From an uncultured Verrucomicrobiae bacterium (GTDB lineage: Bacteria > Verrucomicrobiota > Verrucomicrobiia > Limisphaerales > Palsa-1400): a DNA stretch of 64,000 nucleotides. The translations under genes and the position numbers were made by a program. Position 1 is the first letter of the stretch; every line of letters begins with the position of its first letter. Location: positions 3,232,001 through 3,296,000 of the forward strand of contig OY969763.1 of the NCBI GenBank assembly GCA_963702845.1. The letters are read 5' to 3'. Below the pieces are notes generated by a model. It had not been told where the DNA came from. It was given only the letters and a program-made list of their open reading frames with translations, and did no database searches. Below, piece after piece: positions 38,385-49,624 of the stretch.

Positions 38385-41300
38385 ATGAAAAAGACCTCCC
38401 TGGCTCTGTTCGCTATTGCCATATTATTAACTCCATCGCGCATTTTTGCTGGCGCGATCACATGGAATGGCTCGGCAGGCGACAGCAAATTCACCACCCC
38501 AGGTAACTGGATCGGCAGCGTCCTACCCGGCACCGCTGATGACGCTTATTTCACAAACAACGTTACTGCGCCTTCGACCGTTGAAGTCAATGCGGCCATC
38601 ACCGTGGGTGGCTTGGAATTCATTCGCGGCTTCAACACTGCGAACACCATGACGTTAGGCAATGGGACGGCTTCCCCTGTCACTATGACTTTCAGCAGCG
38701 GCACTGCCTTTCCCTTGCTCGTCGATCAAGGCTCGAGCGGCAGCGTGATCACGTTCCAGCCAACCGTAAACTCCGGTACCGCCAATTTGAGTCTCTCGGC
38801 AGCATCGGGTGGTTCTTTCAACGTTATCAACGCGGGGGCGGGCCTCGTAATCAATAGCCCAATTACCGGCTTAACCACGGCTTCGCTTACAAAGAATGGC
38901 TCGGGCATGTTGCAGTTAGGCGGATCCGTTGCCAATACCCAGGGCAACATGATCGTGCAGGCCGGAACCTTGAAATTGGATTTGTCGGGCGGAGTCAATA
39001 AGTTAAACCCGGCGCAAGTATTGCAACTTGCGGGTGGAACGGTTGATTTATCGGGCGGCACCTTTACGCAAAATTTGGGTTCCTTTGCATTCGGATCGGC
39101 AACGAACAATCGCTCTGGAGCAGGCTTTCTGACCCGCAGCAGCGGCACCAGCACCATTAATTTAAAAGCCATGTCGCGCAATGCCTCCGGATATCTGGAC
39201 ATTGCAACAGCGGGCATTGCCACGACAACCACCAGCGACGTTAATGGAATTTTGTTCGGAGGATCGGTCACATTAGGTGGGACTGACTGGGCGCATAGCG
39301 CGACAGCAACAGGAGGTGTTGACACGGGAATTACGGCCTACACTGGCTATACAGATGTTGGATTTGGCGGAACTATTGCCAACGCATCAACCAGCAATGT
39401 GAGATTGACCGGCGGTGCCAGTGGTAACATTGCGCTCGGCGCCGCAACAACGTTAATCAACACCTTGAAACAAGACCAAACCACGGCGACCACGATCGAT
39501 ACCGCCGGCAACACTTTACGCTTGGGCACCATTGGCGGCGTATTCATGCCCCCGACTGCCGGGCCTCTCACGATTGGCACAAGCGTCGGGTCTGGATTCA
39601 TATCAGGCAATGCTGCTGCAAACGTAGGTGCAGAATTGCAGTGGATCAATAATTCGGCAAACGACCTCACCGTCAATGCTAAGATCACGAACAACGGCAC
39701 GGGAATCATCACCAACATTGTCACCGGCACCGGACCCGGCATCGTCATCTTTGCCGCTACTGGCAGCGGCCTGTCTAATGCGTATTCGGGCCCAACCGTA
39801 ATCAGTGGCACGACTCTTTCGATCAGCGCAGATTCTTGCCTGGGCACCCCGCCAATCGCAGCAGTGGTGGAAAACGTAGTTCTGAATGGCGGGACCCTGC
39901 GACACACGAGCACGACGCCAGGCGGAGCATTTTTGACCGCGACCCGTGGGATTCGTATCGGACCGAAAGGCGGCACAATCGATATCCCATCATCAAGCGC
40001 GATCCTGCTGTATACGAGCGGTCAGATCACAGCGCTTTCGTCGACGGAATACGCAACACTTACGAAATCGGGCGCCGGCACATTGCGTGTAACTACCCCT
40101 ACCGCGCTTACATTTGCCAAACTGAAGGTGACTGGCGGGTTGTATCAGGGCGCAACAGACGGCACTTTTTGTACAGCTCCATCAACGCCGTTGGGTTTCG
40201 CCTCCGACATCATCACACTTGATGGCGGTGGTATCAGCGCAAACGCAGGATTCACTCTCGCTTCTCAAAAAGGCATCACTCTTGGCTCCAGTGGCGGTCG
40301 CATCGATACTTCCTCCTCACTAACCTATGCCGGTGTGATTTCCGGTTCGGGTGCTTTGACCAAAACTGGCACAAACAATAGTTCCACACTGACATTGTCC
40401 GGTGCCAGCACCTACACAGGTGGAACCACTCTCCAGCAAGGTGTTATTCTTGCCGGCGGAAACAACATTTTGGGCACGGGGGCGATCACTTTGAGCGGCA
40501 GCGGCGAGCCTGCAGGATTGAACATTCGTATGGGATCGAGCGCTTCAACGGCTCGCTCATTTACAAACGCGGTCGTTCAGGCGTCCGACGCCTCGTTCGG
40601 TGACAGTGTGAATACTGGCGCGCTAACATTCAGCGGCTCCTGGACGCTGAGCGGTGGTTCCCGAACCATCGACTCGTTGACCAACACGGTGACCATCAGT
40701 GGTGCGATTGGTGACGGCGGCAACGGTTACGCGGTCACGAAAACCGGTACCGGAACGTTGGCGCTTACGGGCGCGAACACTTACGGCGGCGATACGACCA
40801 ATCTGACCGGCACTCTTTCCATCAATGCCACTGGCACCTTCGGCAACGGAGTTGGCACGCTGCGCCTGTCTGGCGGCACGGTTCAATTGACAGCAACTCG
40901 CGCCCTGGCGGCGAACATCCTCAATCCCGTGGTAATGTCAGCAGATACAACATTGCGCGGTGATGGCAGCTTCCTTTTCCGAAGTGGCGGAACGTGGTCG
41001 GCCACTGGCGGCACACTCACTCTCACCAACGGTGGCACGAGCGGCGCAACGACGTTCGACCTCGTCACATCTAATGCATTTACCTTTGCACAACCGATCG
41101 TCGTTGGTCCTGCGGGAGAAACAAACGGCGTCCAACTGACGATGTTCAACGACAATGTTGTTGGTGACCAGGTCTACAATGGCGTCATCAGCGGCACCGG
41201 CTCCGTCCGTCGCTCTGTTACCTCCGGCACCGGCGGCAATGCGATCCTCAATGCAAACAACCTTTATACCGGCGTAACGACCGTTTCGAGCGGCACGTTG

Positions 41301-44300
41301 ACTGTGAACGGCAGCATCGCCACCAGTTCAGGTGTGACGGTGAGCGCCAATGGCACCCTGTCAGGCATTGGAACGACGCCCGCAGTCACACTAAGCGGAA
41401 CGCTTTCGCCTGGGCCGGGCACCAGCTCTTTGAGCACCGGCAGCGAAACCTGGAACGGCGGTTCAACAAACAATTGGGAAATCAACGACTTTGCCGGCAC
41501 CGAAGGAAATTCTTCGGCTGGTTGGGACGTGATCAATATCGCCGGCGGCTTGACCATCAACGCAACAGCAGCGAACAGAATGACGATCAAGGTCGTCTCT
41601 TTGAATGGCGGCGTTGCAGGTAATGCCGCGAACTTCAACAATACGAGCACCTATACGAAGACGCTCGTTCACACGACGACGGGCATCACCGGCTTTGATT
41701 CGCGTAAGTTCATCGTCGACACGTCGAGCTTCTCTAACTCACAAGGAAGCGGCGGATTCCGCATTGCAGTCATCGGCAACGACCTCGTATTGCAATTTGG
41801 CGATCCTGCCATCTTGACCGACCCCGCTGATGTTATTATCGCGCACGCTGGCACGACGAACTTCAGTGTGAGCGCTGCTAGCGCCGCGCCGACGTATCAA
41901 TGGCGTCAAGGTGGCGTAAACCTCAGCAATGGCCCGCATTTCAACGGCACTTCGACTGCCACCCTGACAATCACTGGCGTGCAGGACGGCGACGACATCG
42001 GTGGATTCGACTGTGTCGTCACTGGCGCAAGCGGCAGCCAGACCAGCGCATCGGCTTCGTTGACCATTGTTGACCCGCCGGTTGTCACCGCCAACCCAGC
42101 CGGTTTATCAATCGGCGTCGGCACTAACGCTACGTTCACGGTTTCGTATACAGGAACTTCAAACAACGTCACACCCATGACATTCCGTTGGAAGACCAAC
42201 GGCGTAAACCTGGTCGAAAGCGCGCATTTTGTCGGCACCGCTTCACCAACACTCACGGTTGTGGCAGCGGTCACTGGCGATGCGGCAAGCTATAGCGTCT
42301 CGCTGACAAACGCCAACGGTACCGCCTCAAGTGGAAGCGGCATCCTTGTGGTCGATACCGCCCCGGTGATCACAACGCAGCCGTTTGATACAGCGGTCGC
42401 GTTCGGGGACGTGACGAACTTTACGGTTGTCGCTACTGGACCACACCTGACTTACCAGTGGCAAACCAACGGTGTGCCCATCAGCGATGACGCCCATTAT
42501 ATCGGCACAACCAGTGCAGTGTTGACGATCACTAATGCCGTGAAAGCGAACGAAGCGACGAATTGGTTCTACCGTTGCGTCATTGCTAACGCCGCCACCA
42601 ACGTCATCAGCACTGAAGTAAAACTCGTTGTCGCTACGTCCCCTGTCATTACATCACAACCGCACAACAGCACCTTCATAGCAGGAAATACCAACACGCT
42701 GTTTGTCGTCGCAACCGGTCCGCAGCTAAATTACTTCTGGCGCTTGAACGGCAGCCCATTGACCGACGGCGTCGGGCACGTTTTGGCTGGCGCTAACTCC
42801 GCGGTTCTAACCCTTGGCCCAATTAGCCAGGCTGACGCTGGCTCCTACAGCGTTGTTATCACCAACTTCGACGGCACGATCACCAGTTCGGACGCAGCCG
42901 TCACTGTCATCGATCCAATTGTCATCACTGGCCAACCCACAAGCGTCACCATCAATTCCGGACAGAACGCCGCTTTGACAGTGACTGCCAGCGGCACATC
43001 ACCTTCATATCAATGGAAGCGTGGAGGCGTGAATTTGAGCAACGGCGGCCACGTGACCGGTGCAACAACGGCAGCATTGTCGTTCACCGGCGCTACCCAA
43101 ACGCCCGATATGGCGAGCTATAGTTGCATTGTCAGCAATTTTGCAGGAGCGGTCACCAGCGGCGCTGCGACGTTAACCGTCAACGAAGCGCCGGCAATCA
43201 CGACCCAACCCACCTCGCAAACTGCAGCGCAGACAGGATCGAGCGCAACCTTCAGCGTCGTAGCAACAGGTTATCCATTGAACTATCAGTGGTATTTCAA
43301 CAATAGCACCATCCCGAATGCAACTAACTCCAGCTACAATATCGCGAGTGTAGCCACGACGAACATTGGTTACTACTACGTCATTATTAGTAATCCGTCA
43401 GGCTCAGTGCAAAGCTCGACCGTGCAATTGAGGATCGGCAATCAATTCTTCAGTGATGCATTGGACGCGGACACGTCGGCTAATTGGCATACCAATACTT
43501 CGTCCGCGGATAATCGAGTGACATGGGCATACGATTATTTGGCTACAGCAGGAATCCCACAATGCCCCGGATCCTCGACGACCAAAGCTTTGAAGCTGGA
43601 AGCAAACTTGACCCTTGCGGCAATCGCTGCTGTGAGCCTTTCACCCAACAGCCAGAATTTTACGGGTGACTACCAATTGCGGTTCAACTTGTGGATGAAT
43701 TTCCTTGGGCCCGCTCCGGCAGGCGGCACTGGCGGTACCGAATCATTTTCTGCGGGTATTGCCACGTCCGGCGACAGGGTAATGTGGGCTCAGTCGGGCA
43801 ACACAGCAAACGGCGTTTGGGTTTCCTCGACCGGCGACGGCAACATCGGAACTGGCGCAAACACTTATTACGACTATGGCATATATACAAATGCCTCCGC
43901 CGGCGCAGCGTCAACCCTGGTTGCAGCGGCAACTGGTATTTATGCAGGCGGAACGTCGGTTACAACAGCTAATGACAACGCAAGTGCTGTTTACACGAAC
44001 AACTTTGGCAATTCTACTATTCCAGCGGCGCAAACCGCTCTTTTTGCTACGCAAACTGGCGCCTGCAACGCAGGCGCACTGGCATTCCAATGGCACGAAG
44101 TCATCCTGAATAAGTCAGGAAACGTCGTCAGTTGGTTAATTGATGGGATCAAAATCGCTTCCGTGACCAATGCTGTCATTCCTGCATCGGGAACAAACAT
44201 CAGCATCGGCTACCTGGATCCGTTCGCAAGCGTTTGCGCTGATCCCAACGTGGAATTCGGGTTATTTTCGAACTTGAAGGTTGAGAGCTTCTCTGGCGCA

Positions 44301-46856
44301 GGTGTCGCACCTTCCATCACCTCGCAGCCGCAAAACACAACCGTTAACGCCGGCTCTGCTGCGGTATTGAATGTGACCGCCAGTAGTCCGACGACCTTGC
44401 GTTATCAGTGGCAGAAAAACAATGTGAACTTGTCCAACGGCGGCAACATTTCCGGAGCAACAACTGCCCATCTGACGATCTCGGGCGCTCTCGCCACCGA
44501 CGCCGGCAATTATCATGTGCTGGTCTTCAACGACACGGCCCCGACGACCAGCGCTGACGTGGCGTTGACCGTCAACGATCCGGCCATCAATGTGCAACCT
44601 GCAAGCACGACAGTTGCACTCAGCGCTCCAGCGGTCTTAAACGTTGGTGCGGCAGGCACTGGCACGCTTACCTACCAGTGGCGTAAAGCCACGGTCAACC
44701 TTTCGAATGGCGCAAATATTTCTGGCGCGAATTCTTCGGCCCTGACAATTGTAAGCACCGGTTTCTCCGACGCCGATAGTTATGACGTCATCGTTACCGG
44801 AAGCCTTACCTCAGTGACGAGTTCGACGGCGACAATTACGGTTCAAGACCCTGGAATCGTCATGCAACCGGTTAGCCTCACGCGCAATGCCGGGCAAGAT
44901 GCGGTGTTCAGCGTCGCGGCCAGCGGCACCGGCGCGTTGACTTATTCATGGCGCGATTCTGTTGATGCCCCCATCAGCAACGGTGGACAATTTTCCGGCG
45001 CTGACACATCGTCGCTGACTATTCACGCTGTTTCCCAGGGTAACGTAGGCAGTTACCACGTGGTCGTCACAGGCACCGGCGGCAACGTAACCAGTTCCTC
45101 GGCATCACTCACCGTCATTGATCCGCCGGTGATCGGCACACAGCCTGCGAGCGTAACAAAGAATGCCGGCGTCACCGCAACATTTACTGTGTCTGCCACG
45201 GGAACAGCTCCGTTTACTTATCAATGGCGCAAGAACGGCAGCAACCTCAGCAATGGCGGAAAAGTCTCTGGAGCAACCAACACAACGCTCTCCATCACCA
45301 ACGTCCTTGGTGCCGACCGGGGAAGTTATTCAATCGTGATCAGCAATCCGGCCGGCTCAGCCACAAGCTCGGATGCAATCCTGAGCGTGGTTGATCCGCT
45401 AATCACCGCTCAGCCGAATACCCGAACGAACAACCTTGGCGACAACGCCACCTTCTCTGTCACTGCGACGGGAACAACCGCCCTTTCGTATCAATGGAAG
45501 TTCAATGGAACCGATATCTCCGGCGCGACTGCATCCAGTTATGCCCGCTCGAGCATCACAGCGACTGACGCCGGAACCTACTCCGTTGTCGTTTCCAACT
45601 CCGTCGGCACCGCAACGAGCACCGATGCGCTCCTCGTCATTCCTTATCTGGCAGCGAGCAAAGTCGCGCAGTGGAACTTCAACAGCATCACCCCTGATGC
45701 CAACACCATCACGGGTAATCTGAACCCTTCGACCGGCAGCGGAACGTTGACGTCGCTCAACGGTGTCTCTCTCGGGTTTTCGACAGGGTCACCATCCGAC
45801 CCCGCTGGTGGCACTGATAATTCAACCCTCAGCACAACGAATTACTCGCCGCAAGGCACGAGCAACAAGACCGCTGGCGTTCAGTTTACTGTCAGCACCG
45901 TTGGATGGTCGAACATCTCCGTGTCGTGGGAAGGTCTGAACAACGGCGGCGCCAGCAAATACACTCGCTTCCAATATACAAGTAATGGTGTTGACTGGAC
46001 CGACTCAAATGTCATCACAAAAACCAACAACCTGTTTGTGTATGAAACAGTCAACTTGGCCCCGCTCACGGAGTTGAACAACAATGCGAACGTCGGCTTC
46101 CGTCTCGTCTCGGAATTCGAAAGCACCGCGATCGGAAACGCGAATGCCAACTATGTTCCCACGTCGAACGCCACTTACACCAATTCAGGCACGCAGAGTG
46201 TGATGCGGTTTGAACTTTTCACTGTCATGGCCAGTGTGGCTCCGACGATTACAAGCAATCCGACCAGCGTAACCAAAGAGTTTGGCGACACGGCGAACTT
46301 CAGTGTCAGTGCGTCCGGCGGTACCTTGAGTTATCAATGGACCAAAAACGGAACCCCGTTAACCGATGTTGGCAACATTAGTGGAGCAATCACCAGCACG
46401 CTCACTGTCAGCAGCGTGGCAGGCGCTGATGACGGCTCTTACGCCTGCGTCGTCAGCAATTCCGCCGGATCAACCACCAGCGACAGTGCAACTCTCGTCG
46501 TGCACGATCCTGCGATCACTGCGCAACCGGCCGACACGACTGTCGAGTGCGGTTCCAGCGCAGTGCTGAATGTTTCCGCTTCTGGGACACCAGCCCTGAC
46601 CTACCAATGGTACACACCTGACGCTAACGGCACGCCCGTTCCTGGCGGACAAAGCTCCAGTTTGACGGTGAACAACGTTCACGGGTCCACGGCATACGTA
46701 GTAGTCGTCGGCAATGGATTGGCCAGCACGGTCACCAGCAGCAGCGCCACCGTTACTGCTAGCGATACAATCGCTCCATCCATCACGGTTAACAGCGGCC
46801 CGAGCACAGTCTGTCTCAGCAGCTTGTATTCGGAATCCGGGAGCAACGGCCAGTGA
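38385..46856 (+). CDS. Giant secreted beta-strand-repeat/Ig-repeat protein, N-terminal part (gene continues to 48462 after a +1 frameshift; 3358 aa if restored)
   Basis: Signal peptide MKKTSLALFAIAILL; LTKTGTGTLALTGANTYGG-type repeats; more than 10 Ig domains (P.I..QP...YQW...DAG.Y); two lectin-like beta-sandwich inserts. Confidence 0.88.
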   Translation: MKKTSLALFAIAILLTPSRIFAGAITWNGSAGDSKFTTPGNWIGSVLPGTADDAYFTNNVTAPSTVEVNAAITVGGLEFIRGFNTANTMTLGNGTASPVTMTFSSGTAFPLLVDQGSSGSVITFQPTVNSGTANLSLSAASGGSFNVINAGAGLVINSPITGLTTASLTKNGSGMLQLGGSVANTQGNMIVQAGTLKLDLSGGVNKLNPAQVLQLAGGTVDLSGGTFTQNLGSFAFGSATNNRSGAGFLTRSSGTSTINLKAMSRNASGYLDIATAGIATTTTSDVNGILFGGSVTLGGTDWAHSATATGGVDTGITAYTGYTDVGFGGTIANASTSNVRLTGGASGNIALGAATTLINTLKQDQTTATTIDTAGNTLRLGTIGGVFMPPTAGPLTIGTSVGSGFISGNAAANVGAELQWINNSANDLTVNAKITNNGTGIITNIVTGTGPGIVIFAATGSGLSNAYSGPTVISGTTLSISADSCLGTPPIAAVVENVVLNGGTLRHTSTTPGGAFLTATRGIRIGPKGGTIDIPSSSAILLYTSGQITALSSTEYATLTKSGAGTLRVTTPTALTFAKLKVTGGLYQGATDGTFCTAPSTPLGFASDIITLDGGGISANAGFTLASQKGITLGSSGGRIDTSSSLTYAGVISGSGALTKTGTNNSSTLTLSGASTYTGGTTLQQGVILAGGNNILGTGAITLSGSGEPAGLNIRMGSSASTARSFTNAVVQASDASFGDSVNTGALTFSGSWTLSGGSRTIDSLTNTVTISGAIGDGGNGYAVTKTGTGTLALTGANTYGGDTTNLTGTLSINATGTFGNGVGTLRLSGGTVQLTATRALAANILNPVVMSADTTLRGDGSFLFRSGGTWSATGGTLTLTNGGTSGATTFDLVTSNAFTFAQPIVVGPAGETNGVQLTMFNDNVVGDQVYNGVISGTGSVRRSVTSGTGGNAILNANNLYTGVTTVSSGTLTVNGSIATSSGVTVSANGTLSGIGTTPAVTLSGTLSPGPGTSSLSTGSETWNGGSTNNWEINDFAGTEGNSSAGWDVINIAGGLTINATAANRMTIKVVSLNGGVAGNAANFNNTSTYTKTLVHTTTGITGFDSRKFIVDTSSFSNSQGSGGFRIAVIGNDLVLQFGDPAILTDPADVIIAHAGTTNFSVSAASAAPTYQWRQGGVNLSNGPHFNGTSTATLTITGVQDGDDIGGFDCVVTGASGSQTSASASLTIVDPPVVTANPAGLSIGVGTNATFTVSYTGTSNNVTPMTFRWKTNGVNLVESAHFVGTASPTLTVVAAVTGDAASYSVSLTNANGTASSGSGILVVDTAPVITTQPFDTAVAFGDVTNFTVVATGPHLTYQWQTNGVPISDDAHYIGTTSAVLTITNAVKANEATNWFYRCVIANAATNVISTEVKLVVATSPVITSQPHNSTFIAGNTNTLFVVATGPQLNYFWRLNGSPLTDGVGHVLAGANSAVLTLGPISQADAGSYSVVITNFDGTITSSDAAVTVIDPIVITGQPTSVTINSGQNAALTVTASGTSPSYQWKRGGVNLSNGGHVTGATTAALSFTGATQTPDMASYSCIVSNFAGAVTSGAATLTVNEAPAITTQPTSQTAAQTGSSATFSVVATGYPLNYQWYFNNSTIPNATNSSYNIASVATTNIGYYYVIISNPSGSVQSSTVQLRIGNQFFSDALDADTSANWHTNTSSADNRVTWAYDYLATAGIPQCPGSSTTKALKLEANLTLAAIAAVSLSPNSQNFTGDYQLRFNLWMNFLGPAPAGGTGGTESFSAGIATSGDRVMWAQSGNTANGVWVSSTGDGNIGTGANTYYDYGIYTNASAGAASTLVAAATGIYAGGTSVTTANDNASAVYTNNFGNSTIPAAQTALFATQTGACNAGALAFQWHEVILNKSGNVVSWLIDGIKIASVTNAVIPASGTNISIGYLDPFASVCADPNVEFGLFSNLKVESFSGAGVAPSITSQPQNTTVNAGSAAVLNVTASSPTTLRYQWQKNNVNLSNGGNISGATTAHLTISGALATDAGNYHVLVFNDTAPTTSADVALTVNDPAINVQPASTTVALSAPAVLNVGAAGTGTLTYQWRKATVNLSNGANISGANSSALTIVSTGFSDADSYDVIVTGSLTSVTSSTATITVQDPGIVMQPVSLTRNAGQDAVFSVAASGTGALTYSWRDSVDAPISNGGQFSGADTSSLTIHAVSQGNVGSYHVVVTGTGGNVTSSSASLTVIDPPVIGTQPASVTKNAGVTATFTVSATGTAPFTYQWRKNGSNLSNGGKVSGATNTTLSITNVLGADRGSYSIVISNPAGSATSSDAILSVVDPLITAQPNTRTNNLGDNATFSVTATGTTALSYQWKFNGTDISGATASSYARSSITATDAGTYSVVVSNSVGTATSTDALLVIPYLAASKVAQWNFNSITPDANTITGNLNPSTGSGTLTSLNGVSLGFSTGSPSDPAGGTDNSTLSTTNYSPQGTSNKTAGVQFTVSTVGWSNISVSWEGLNNGGASKYTRFQYTSNGVDWTDSNVITKTNNLFVYETVNLAPLTELNNNANVGFRLVSEFESTAIGNANANYVPTSNATYTNSGTQSVMRFELFTVMASVAPTITSNPTSVTKEFGDTANFSVSASGGTLSYQWTKNGTPLTDVGNISGAITSTLTVSSVAGADDGSYACVVSNSAGSTTSDSATLVVHDPAITAQPADTTVECGSSAVLNVSASGTPALTYQWYTPDANGTPVPGGQSSSLTVNNVHGSTAYVVVVGNGLASTVTSSSATVTASDTIAPSITVNSGPSTVCLSSLYSESGSNGQ

Positions 46857-48462
46857 CGTCTGCGATGGCACTGTGGCCGTCAGCACCTCGGGCTCCGTTA
46901 ACACGAGCATCGTCGGCGCTTACACGCTCACGTATACCGCAGCTGATTCAAGCCTGAACGGTACGTCTGCCACCCGCGTCGTGAGCGTTGTCTCTTGCGT
47001 TGCGACCATCACGGTCCAACCACAATCGCAAACAGTCCCTGCCAGTGGCACACTTAACCTGAGTGTCGTTGCAACCGGTGTTGGCATTACTTACCAATGG
47101 AACTTTGACGGCACCCCGATTCTGAATGCGACGAATTCGACATTCACTAAGACAAACATGACTCCAACCGATGCTGGTCCTTACACTGTTGATGTAACCA
47201 GCGGCAGCACGATCTCGAGTGATTCCGCGGTTATCACTGTCAGTGATCCAGGAATCAGCGTCCAGCCGGTCAACGTGATCGCCACCACCAAGAGCAACAT
47301 TACCTTCAGCATTACTGCTGGCGGCACTGGCCCGTTGAAGTATCAGTGGTATTTCATCAAACACGGGACGACGACGGTCAAGAAGTTGGCCCACAGCGCC
47401 GTTTACCCGGCCGTAACCAACGCCACCCTCTCGGTCGTGAAGGTCAGTGGTACAGCTGATGCGGGCAGTTACTACTGCCTCGTGACCAACAGCATTGGCA
47501 GCGTGACCAGCACCAGCGCGACTTTGACGGTCTACGACGCGCCGTTGGTGAAAATTGCTCCACCCAGCAAGACGTTGCTGGCTGGTTTCAACTACACCAT
47601 GGTAGCCAAAGTGACCAAGGGTGCGCTCAATCAGACCCTGAGCTATCAATGGAACAAAAACGGCAATGCCATCGGTGGCGCAACCACCTCGACCTACTCG
47701 CTGGTGGATGTTCAAACCCCTAACACAGCGGTCTACTCCTGCGTGGTGAGCAACAACTCGCCGACAGGTGGCACAGCCAGTTTCTCCCTGACGGTGACTC
47801 AAGACACTGAAGTTCCCAAAGTGGTGCTCTTGTTGAAACCGACGGACATGGCAGCCAAACACGCGTTGACCACCAACGACGTTCCTGTTGATCCGACCGG
47901 AACCAATCACGCGCCTAATGTCGACTTCCTCGGCAAGGCAGTGGATAAAGGATTGATCGTGTCGGCCTGGGTCAGCAACGCCGTCAATCAGGCGGTGTTC
48001 CCGGCGACATTCGTGAAGAAGGTGACCGACCTGACGGGGACGAACACTTCGGCAGGCAAGCCGGCGTTCTTCCTCTCGCACGTGAGCATGGTAGATGGAA
48101 CCAACATCTTCTGGGGCCTGGCGACGGACTCGGACGGCAACACGACCACGACCACGAAAGGCACGCACATGTTCTTCATTGCCAATCCGCAAGCGCTGAC
48201 CTTGGCGACCAGCGGGACGGGCCGGATCACCTCGGTGACCGACGCGACCTCAAAGAACTGGGGCAACCCGACCAATACAGCGGTGCTGGCGGTCGGCCAC
48301 AATTACACAATAAAGGCCACGCCAATCGGCAGAGGCATAACCTTCCAGAAATGGACCGTGTCAGACAGCACTGGCCCATTGGCTGATCAACTGGCCAATC
48401 CATTGACCTTCACCATGTCACTTGGACGAACCAATACGGCTGTGTTCTCCAACCACCCGTAA
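46836..48462 (+). CDS. C-terminal continuation of the 38385 protein (DUF5011-like repeat, Ig domains, conserved tail)
   Basis: The frame of ORF 46714-48462 from PGATASDVCDG onward is near-identical to the tail of the 30987 protein. One extra base at ~46834 (tcggaatccggga versus tcagatccggga at ~36696). Confidence 0.85.
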
Positions 48463-48477
48463 TTAGAAATTGATTCA

Positions 48478-48512
48478 CACAAGGCGTTCCGTTTCGACGG
48501 GACGCCTTTGTG
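48478..48512. terminator. Likely bidirectional terminator between convergent genes
   Basis: cacaaggcgttccgt-ttcg-acgggacgcctttgtg; homologous to the 38104 terminator. Confidence 0.7.
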
Positions 48513-49538
48513 TTATAGCGGCCAATTGGGTTGGATATCAGCGTCCAATTCTGACGTGTGATTCGCGAGCAACTTGCGCTCGGCAAGAATCCCAATCATC
48601 GCCGCATTGTCCGTGGAAAATTTCTTTTCGACTAATCGCAACCGAATGCCGCGCTTCTCGCACGCACGGGCGAGTTCGCGTCGCAACGCCGAGTTGCACG
48701 CCACCCCGCCCGACGCCGTCACGCACTTCACGTTGAGCCGCTCTGCCGCGCGCATCGTTTTTGCGACGAGCACTTCCACAATCGCCGCCTGCACGCTCGC
48801 GCAGAGATCAGGAAGCCGCGAACTGTCGGCCAAGAGTTGCGGATTTTTCTGGAGAAAGTAGCGGACGGAAGTCTTCAGCCCGGCAAAACTAAAATCATCA
48901 GTCGGATCGTGAATCATCGGTCGCGGAAAATCGAACGCCCGCGCGTTTCCGTGAACGGCGAGTTTGTCGATCTCCGGACCCGCCGGATACGGCAATCCCA
49001 GCAACTTGCCGGCCTTATCGAAACATTCGCCCGCGGCATCGTCGATGGTGGAACCAACAACGCGATGCTTCAGCTCGCTCTCAACATGAACCAGTAATGT
49101 GTGGCCGCCAGAGACGATGAGGGAGACGTTCATTTCGAACGCCCCAATGTCGACCCGGGCGCCAGATTCGGTCGCTACAATCCAGGGAGAGAAAAGATGC
49201 GCTTCGTGATGATGAATTCCGATGAATGGTTTACGCAGAGCGAAGGCCATCGCCTGCGCTCCTTTCAGCCCAACCAACAACGCCGCTGGCAATCCAGGCC
49301 CTTGCGTGGCCGCGATAGCGTCGAGTTGTTCAGGTGTGATTGCTGCGTGCTTCAACGCTTCACGGCTGACCGGCAGAAAATTGCGCAAGTGCTCGCGTGT
49401 GGCCAGTTCCGGGACAACGCCGCCGTATTCAGCGTGTAACGCGACCTGGGAAGAAACGACGTTCGACACAATGACACCGTCGCGAATCACCGCGACGCTG
49501 GTCTCGTCGCAGGAAGTTTCGAAGGCAAGCAGCGTCAT
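48513..49538 (-). CDS. tsaD: tRNA N6-adenosine threonylcarbamoyltransferase TsaD
   Basis: ETSCDETS, GGVVPELATREH, HHHEAH, LIVSGGHT, DDAAGECFDK, FSFAGLKT, GGVACN and TDNAAMI. Confidence 0.98.
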   Translation of the reverse strand: MTLLAFETSCDETSVAVIRDGVIVSNVVSSQVALHAEYGGVVPELATREHLRNFLPVSREALKHAAITPEQLDAIAATQGPGLPAALLVGLKGAQAMAFALRKPFIGIHHHEAHLFSPWIVATESGARVDIGAFEMNVSLIVSGGHTLLVHVESELKHRVVGSTIDDAAGECFDKAGKLLGLPYPAGPEIDKLAVHGNARAFDFPRPMIHDPTDDFSFAGLKTSVRYFLQKNPQLLADSSRLPDLCASVQAAIVEVLVAKTMRAAERLNVKCVTASGGVACNSALRRELARACEKRGIRLRLVEKKFSTDNAAMIGILAERKLLANHTSELDADIQPNWPL

Positions 49539-49624
49539 TGAGAACGGTTAACAGAGCGCCACTCGTTAGCAAGTGGTTTTGCAAAAGTGCTGGCTGCACT
49601 GTCAATGCAGCGAGAAATTCGAAA

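Noticed and set aside
46948..48192. 414-aa minus-strand ORF, and similar antisense ORFs at 24156-25263 and 11478-12462
   Set aside because: Shadows of repetitive Thr/Gly/Val-rich genes on the opposite strand.
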